Below the pieces are notes generated by a model, which worked only from the letters and a program-made list of their open reading frames with translations, made no database searches and was not told the DNA's origin. Shown piece after piece: positions 60,758-64,000 of a stretch of DNA of 64,000 nucleotides (position 1 is the stretch's first letter; every line of letters starts with the position of its first letter). The translations under genes and the position numbers were made by a program. The stretch covers positions 3,136,001-3,200,000 of the forward strand of contig OZ250165.1 of the NCBI GenBank assembly GCA_965238005.1, given 5' to 3'. This DNA comes from Longimicrobiales bacterium. GTDB taxonomy: Bacteria; Gemmatimonadota; Gemmatimonadetes; Longimicrobiales; Gaopeijiaceae.

Positions 60758-61615
60758 TCACCCTCCCGCGATCGACGCCCGAATCGCGCGGGCGGTGATC
60801 TCCGCCCGATAGGCCACCAACCTCTGCCCGTTGGCGATCGTCTGCTCGAGCGGCGCGAGGTCGACCCCGTTGATGCTGAACAAGCCTGCGTCAATGCGCT
60901 GTAGTGCGCGGATCCGCACCGGATCCGTCGTGGCGATGATCGAAGAGTAATGATAGTCGTCGTGATATTCGTTGCGGGTGGCGACGCACTCGTCGGGCTG
61001 CTGGAAGATCCCGAGCTCGTTCTTCAGGTAGTCGCAGCTGTAGATGTCTTCGGAGTAGTACTCGGGGATGTAATGGACGCGGGCCGGGCTGCCCATCCAT
61101 AAGCGGTTCAGCGTCTCGGTGACCGCCTCCATGCCCTGCCGATTCCCCCCGCTGTCGCCGATCAAGACGATGTCCGTGAATCCGTGCTGTGCCAGGCTGC
61201 TGATCACATCCGTCAACAATGCCTGGAAGGTCTCTTGTCGGAGGCTGATGGTCGCATGGTACCTCATGTGACCCGACGGGGGATCGATCCTCCCCTCCGG
61301 AACGAACTTCACGATCGGCGCCACCAACGCGTCGCCGAGTCTCCTGGCGATCGCCTCGGTGGTCGCTTCGAGCACGAAGTTGTGCTTCCCGCTCGCCACG
61401 TAAGGTCCGTTCTGCTCCACCCCACCCGTGGCGACGATGGCCGTCGTCTTGCCCGCTTCGATCGCGTCGCGGACCTCCATCCAGGTCATCTCCTCGATGA
61501 AGACCGTGTTGATGCCCGCCATGGGCCGAGGCGCGTCGAGCTCCTGCGCCGACAGCGGCACACTCAGGATGCTCGCGACAACGAGGCTTGCGGTTACTGG
61601 CGCTTCACGTCTCAT
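60758..61615 (-). CDS. Exported creatininase-family protein, paralog 2
   Basis: IEEMTWMEV, GGVEQNGP, GDSGGN. Confidence 0.88.
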   Translation of the reverse strand: MRREAPVTASLVVASILSVPLSAQELDAPRPMAGINTVFIEEMTWMEVRDAIEAGKTTAIVATGGVEQNGPYVASGKHNFVLEATTEAIARRLGDALVAPIVKFVPEGRIDPPSGHMRYHATISLRQETFQALLTDVISSLAQHGFTDIVLIGDSGGNRQGMEAVTETLNRLWMGSPARVHYIPEYYSEDIYSCDYLKNELGIFQQPDECVATRNEYHDDYHYSSIIATTDPVRIRALQRIDAGLFSINGVDLAPLEQTIANGQRLVAYRAEITARAIRASIAGG

Positions 61616-61649
61616 GGTAGACCCTCCCGTCCAGAACCTTAGCGCCGGA

Positions 61650-61750
61650 CTATCTAGCAGCCGGCTCGTTCTTGTACACTCTCCCCGTCCGCATCACGAA
61701 CGCCACGCGGTTCAGCGTCGCAGGGTCGGTGAGCGGATCGCCGTGTACTC
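61650..61750 (-). pseudogene. Amidohydrolase C-terminal remnant
   Basis: VHGDPLTDPATLNRVAFVMRTGRVYK. Confidence 0.7.
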
Positions 61751-61766
61751 GGGAGGGCCCACGAGC

Positions 61767-62708
61767 TCAGACGTCTTGAGCCAGCTCCCGCATGCGCCGC
61801 TTGGTCGCCTGGTCCGGCAGGCGTCCAAAAGCGGCCTGGATATTCTCCTCCATGTGCCCGGGATTCGTGGTCTCGGTCAGGACGCACGTCACTGCGGGAT
61901 GGGCGAGAATGTACTTCAGGGAGAACTGCGCCCAGCTCGCGCAGTCGAATTCGGCGGCCCATTCCGGCAGGGCTCGCCCGCTGACCCGCCCGAAGTAGCT
62001 GCCGTTCATGAACGGTCTGTTGATCAGGACTGCCATCCCGAGATCCTGGGCGAGGGGCAGAAGCCGCTCCTCCGCTCGGGTTTCCATCACCGAGTAGTTC
62101 ATGTGCACGAAGTCCAGCGGCTCCGTCTTCATGAACGACTCCAGGCGATCGTGCGAGCGGTCACTGGAAACCGTCACGCCGATGTAGCGCGCCTCACCCG
62201 TGTCCTTCCACTCACGAAGGTTGGGCCAATGGGCCTCCAGATCTCGCATGCTCTCGACCTGGACCACGTCCAGGGTGCGCCGGCCGAAGAGCCTTTGCGT
62301 CTGTCGCATCTGCGCGATGCCGGCTTCTCTCCCGTCCGTGTTGATCTTGGTGGCGAGAAAGAGGCGGTCGCGTAGGTCCGGTGCCATCAGCACTCGACCG
62401 AACTCGGCGTCGATGTCCTCCGTTCGCGGAGAGGTATCGACGACGCGGCCCCCATGCTCGACGAGCATTCGCATCACGGACGCTATCGGCCCCGTGCCGT
62501 TGTTCGGGATTTCAAGGACGGGCTTCGTGGATCCCAGCCCGACTACGGGCAGGGTTTCACCGCTGGTTGGTATGGCTCGGGTGGGCAGGGTCTCCTGCGC
62601 GGGCAGGGTCTCCTGCGCGAGAATCCCGCCGGGTCGGGACAGCAGGACGCCGAGGCTCGGCAGCTGCATCAGGAAGTCGCGTCGAGTCGTCTCGCTCGTC
62701 GTGGCCAT
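61767..62708 (-). CDS. Aldo/keto reductase with Tat-like signal
   Basis: TRRDFL, PVVGLG, VDTSP, LFLATK, LKYILAHPAVT. Confidence 0.9.
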   Translation of the reverse strand: MATTSETTRRDFLMQLPSLGVLLSRPGGILAQETLPAQETLPTRAIPTSGETLPVVGLGSTKPVLEIPNNGTGPIASVMRMLVEHGGRVVDTSPRTEDIDAEFGRVLMAPDLRDRLFLATKINTDGREAGIAQMRQTQRLFGRRTLDVVQVESMRDLEAHWPNLREWKDTGEARYIGVTVSSDRSHDRLESFMKTEPLDFVHMNYSVMETRAEERLLPLAQDLGMAVLINRPFMNGSYFGRVSGRALPEWAAEFDCASWAQFSLKYILAHPAVTCVLTETTNPGHMEENIQAAFGRLPDQATKRRMRELAQDV

Positions 62709-63090
62709 GATACCTCGCTGGATCTCCTCGACCTCAGGGGCCGTGCACTGAGCACGGTCGTGGGTCGTGGGCGAGTCGTGGCACCTCGCGCTTCACCATG
62801 CCGCCCCGCGCCGCGAGGGGCAAGGCGAGCGGTGAGCGCCGTGAGCGGCCATCGGCGCCGAGCGCTTCAGCCAGGGCCGCCAACTCGCGAGTGGATCAGC
62901 GGAGGCGCTCGGGATCCGGCCGATGGACGTCGAAGCGCTCCGGTCCCGGTGCCCGCACCTATAGGAGGGCGGACCGCCGACCCCGCGAACGCTCGCGTGA
63001 GACCGCTTGTTGACCAGTTGGGTCCTGCCCGTCACGTTGTCCCGACCGGTGCGAGGGCTTTCGCCTTGCCGATCGAAGACGAGCAAATAC

Positions 63091-63762
63091 ATGAGCGACG
63101 TGGACTACACCTACTACGGCTTCCGGCGCTGCGTCGGGGCGTTTTTCGAAACGCCAACCACGGATGCGCGCAAGCTGCTCCCTGCGCACCTGGAGCCGCT
63201 CGAGATGCAGCACGAGCGCAGCATCCTCTCGCTGACTGCGTTCCAGTTCCACGAGAGTGAGGTGGGTGGGTACGAAGAGATCGTCCTTGCGGTGATCGTC
63301 CCTCCGATGGTCGAGCCGGGGAAGCCGCTCCCCAAGGCGGCGTTCTACCCGTTCGTGGTCGGCACCTCCACCGAAGCGTCGCGGCTGCACGCCATGGAGC
63401 GCTGGCACCTCCCTCACTACATGAGGGACCTGGAGATCAGGTTCACGGAGACCGACGAGGGCATGGAGGTCAACGTGCTCGACGGTGCCGATCCGGTTCT
63501 GGACCTCCTCGTGACCCAGCACTCGTACGAGCCGTCGAAGAACCTCTACAACGCGTTCACGGTCGAGGGCGACAAGCGGTTCAAGGCCAACATCTACATG
63601 GAAGCCCCGCACTCTGAGCACGAAGAGGAGCGCGGCTCGCTCACGCTGTACGAGCACCCGATGACGGAAGGCCTTACGATCGACGACGTAAACACGTATC
63701 CGTTCCGTGAGCAGTGGTACCAGGAGGGGCTCCAGACCTTCGAGCCCCTGGAGACTCTCTGA
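63091..63762 (+). CDS. Acetoacetate-decarboxylase-fold (ADC family) protein
   Basis: ARKLLPAHLEPL, SEVGGYEEIVLAVIV, ERWHLP. Confidence 0.7.
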   Translation: MSDVDYTYYGFRRCVGAFFETPTTDARKLLPAHLEPLEMQHERSILSLTAFQFHESEVGGYEEIVLAVIVPPMVEPGKPLPKAAFYPFVVGTSTEASRLHAMERWHLPHYMRDLEIRFTETDEGMEVNVLDGADPVLDLLVTQHSYEPSKNLYNAFTVEGDKRFKANIYMEAPHSEHEEERGSLTLYEHPMTEGLTIDDVNTYPFREQWYQEGLQTFEPLETL

Positions 63763-64000
63763 CGGCGCGCCACCTCCTGGCCTCACGTGCGCAGGCGCCC
63801 TGTGCGCGACCCACTGTACCTCTTCAACTGTACCTCTTCAACAACCTTCTAGGGCGCGGCGAAGCACGGGAGGCTCTCGATGACCTCCTCTGTTGCGGGG
63901 TGCTTCGGCCCCACGGCCAGGAGCTCGTGGTCGGCACCCCAATGGAGTGACGGGTTTGCCAGGTGCTCTGCCAAAGCGGTCGACTCGTAGAGCCGGTATC

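Overview
High-GC bacterial window. The gene families (LVIVD-like exported proteins, DUF5916, ADOP-type permease remnant, DUF222/HNH remnants) suggest Gemmatimonadota; this is an inference. It holds about 40 apparently intact genes, mostly exported hydrolases, oxidoreductases and transporters, interleaved with an unusually dense set of gene remnants and several frameshifted genes. I saw no rRNA, tRNA or CRISPR array. One intact IS1182-family element with perfect terminal inverted repeats is present. Main observations: (1) an ECF sigma/zinc anti-sigma/TonB-receptor module whose putative promoter GTCACAAA-N14-CGTT occurs three times with identical spacing, predicting a small regulon; (2) four paralogous exported His-rich LVIVD-like beta-propeller proteins; (3) a DsbA-family selenoprotein (UPWC, in-frame TGA) missed by the ORF track, plus a deiodinase-like remnant; (4) a multicopper oxidase that keeps its type-1 Cu site but lacks three trinuclear-cluster histidines; (5) an AT-rich dyad TACGTAT-N15-ATACGTA found twice, 47 kb apart; (6) pervasive internal deletions, some with junction microhomology. 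All family assignments come from recognising motifs by eye, not from database searches.
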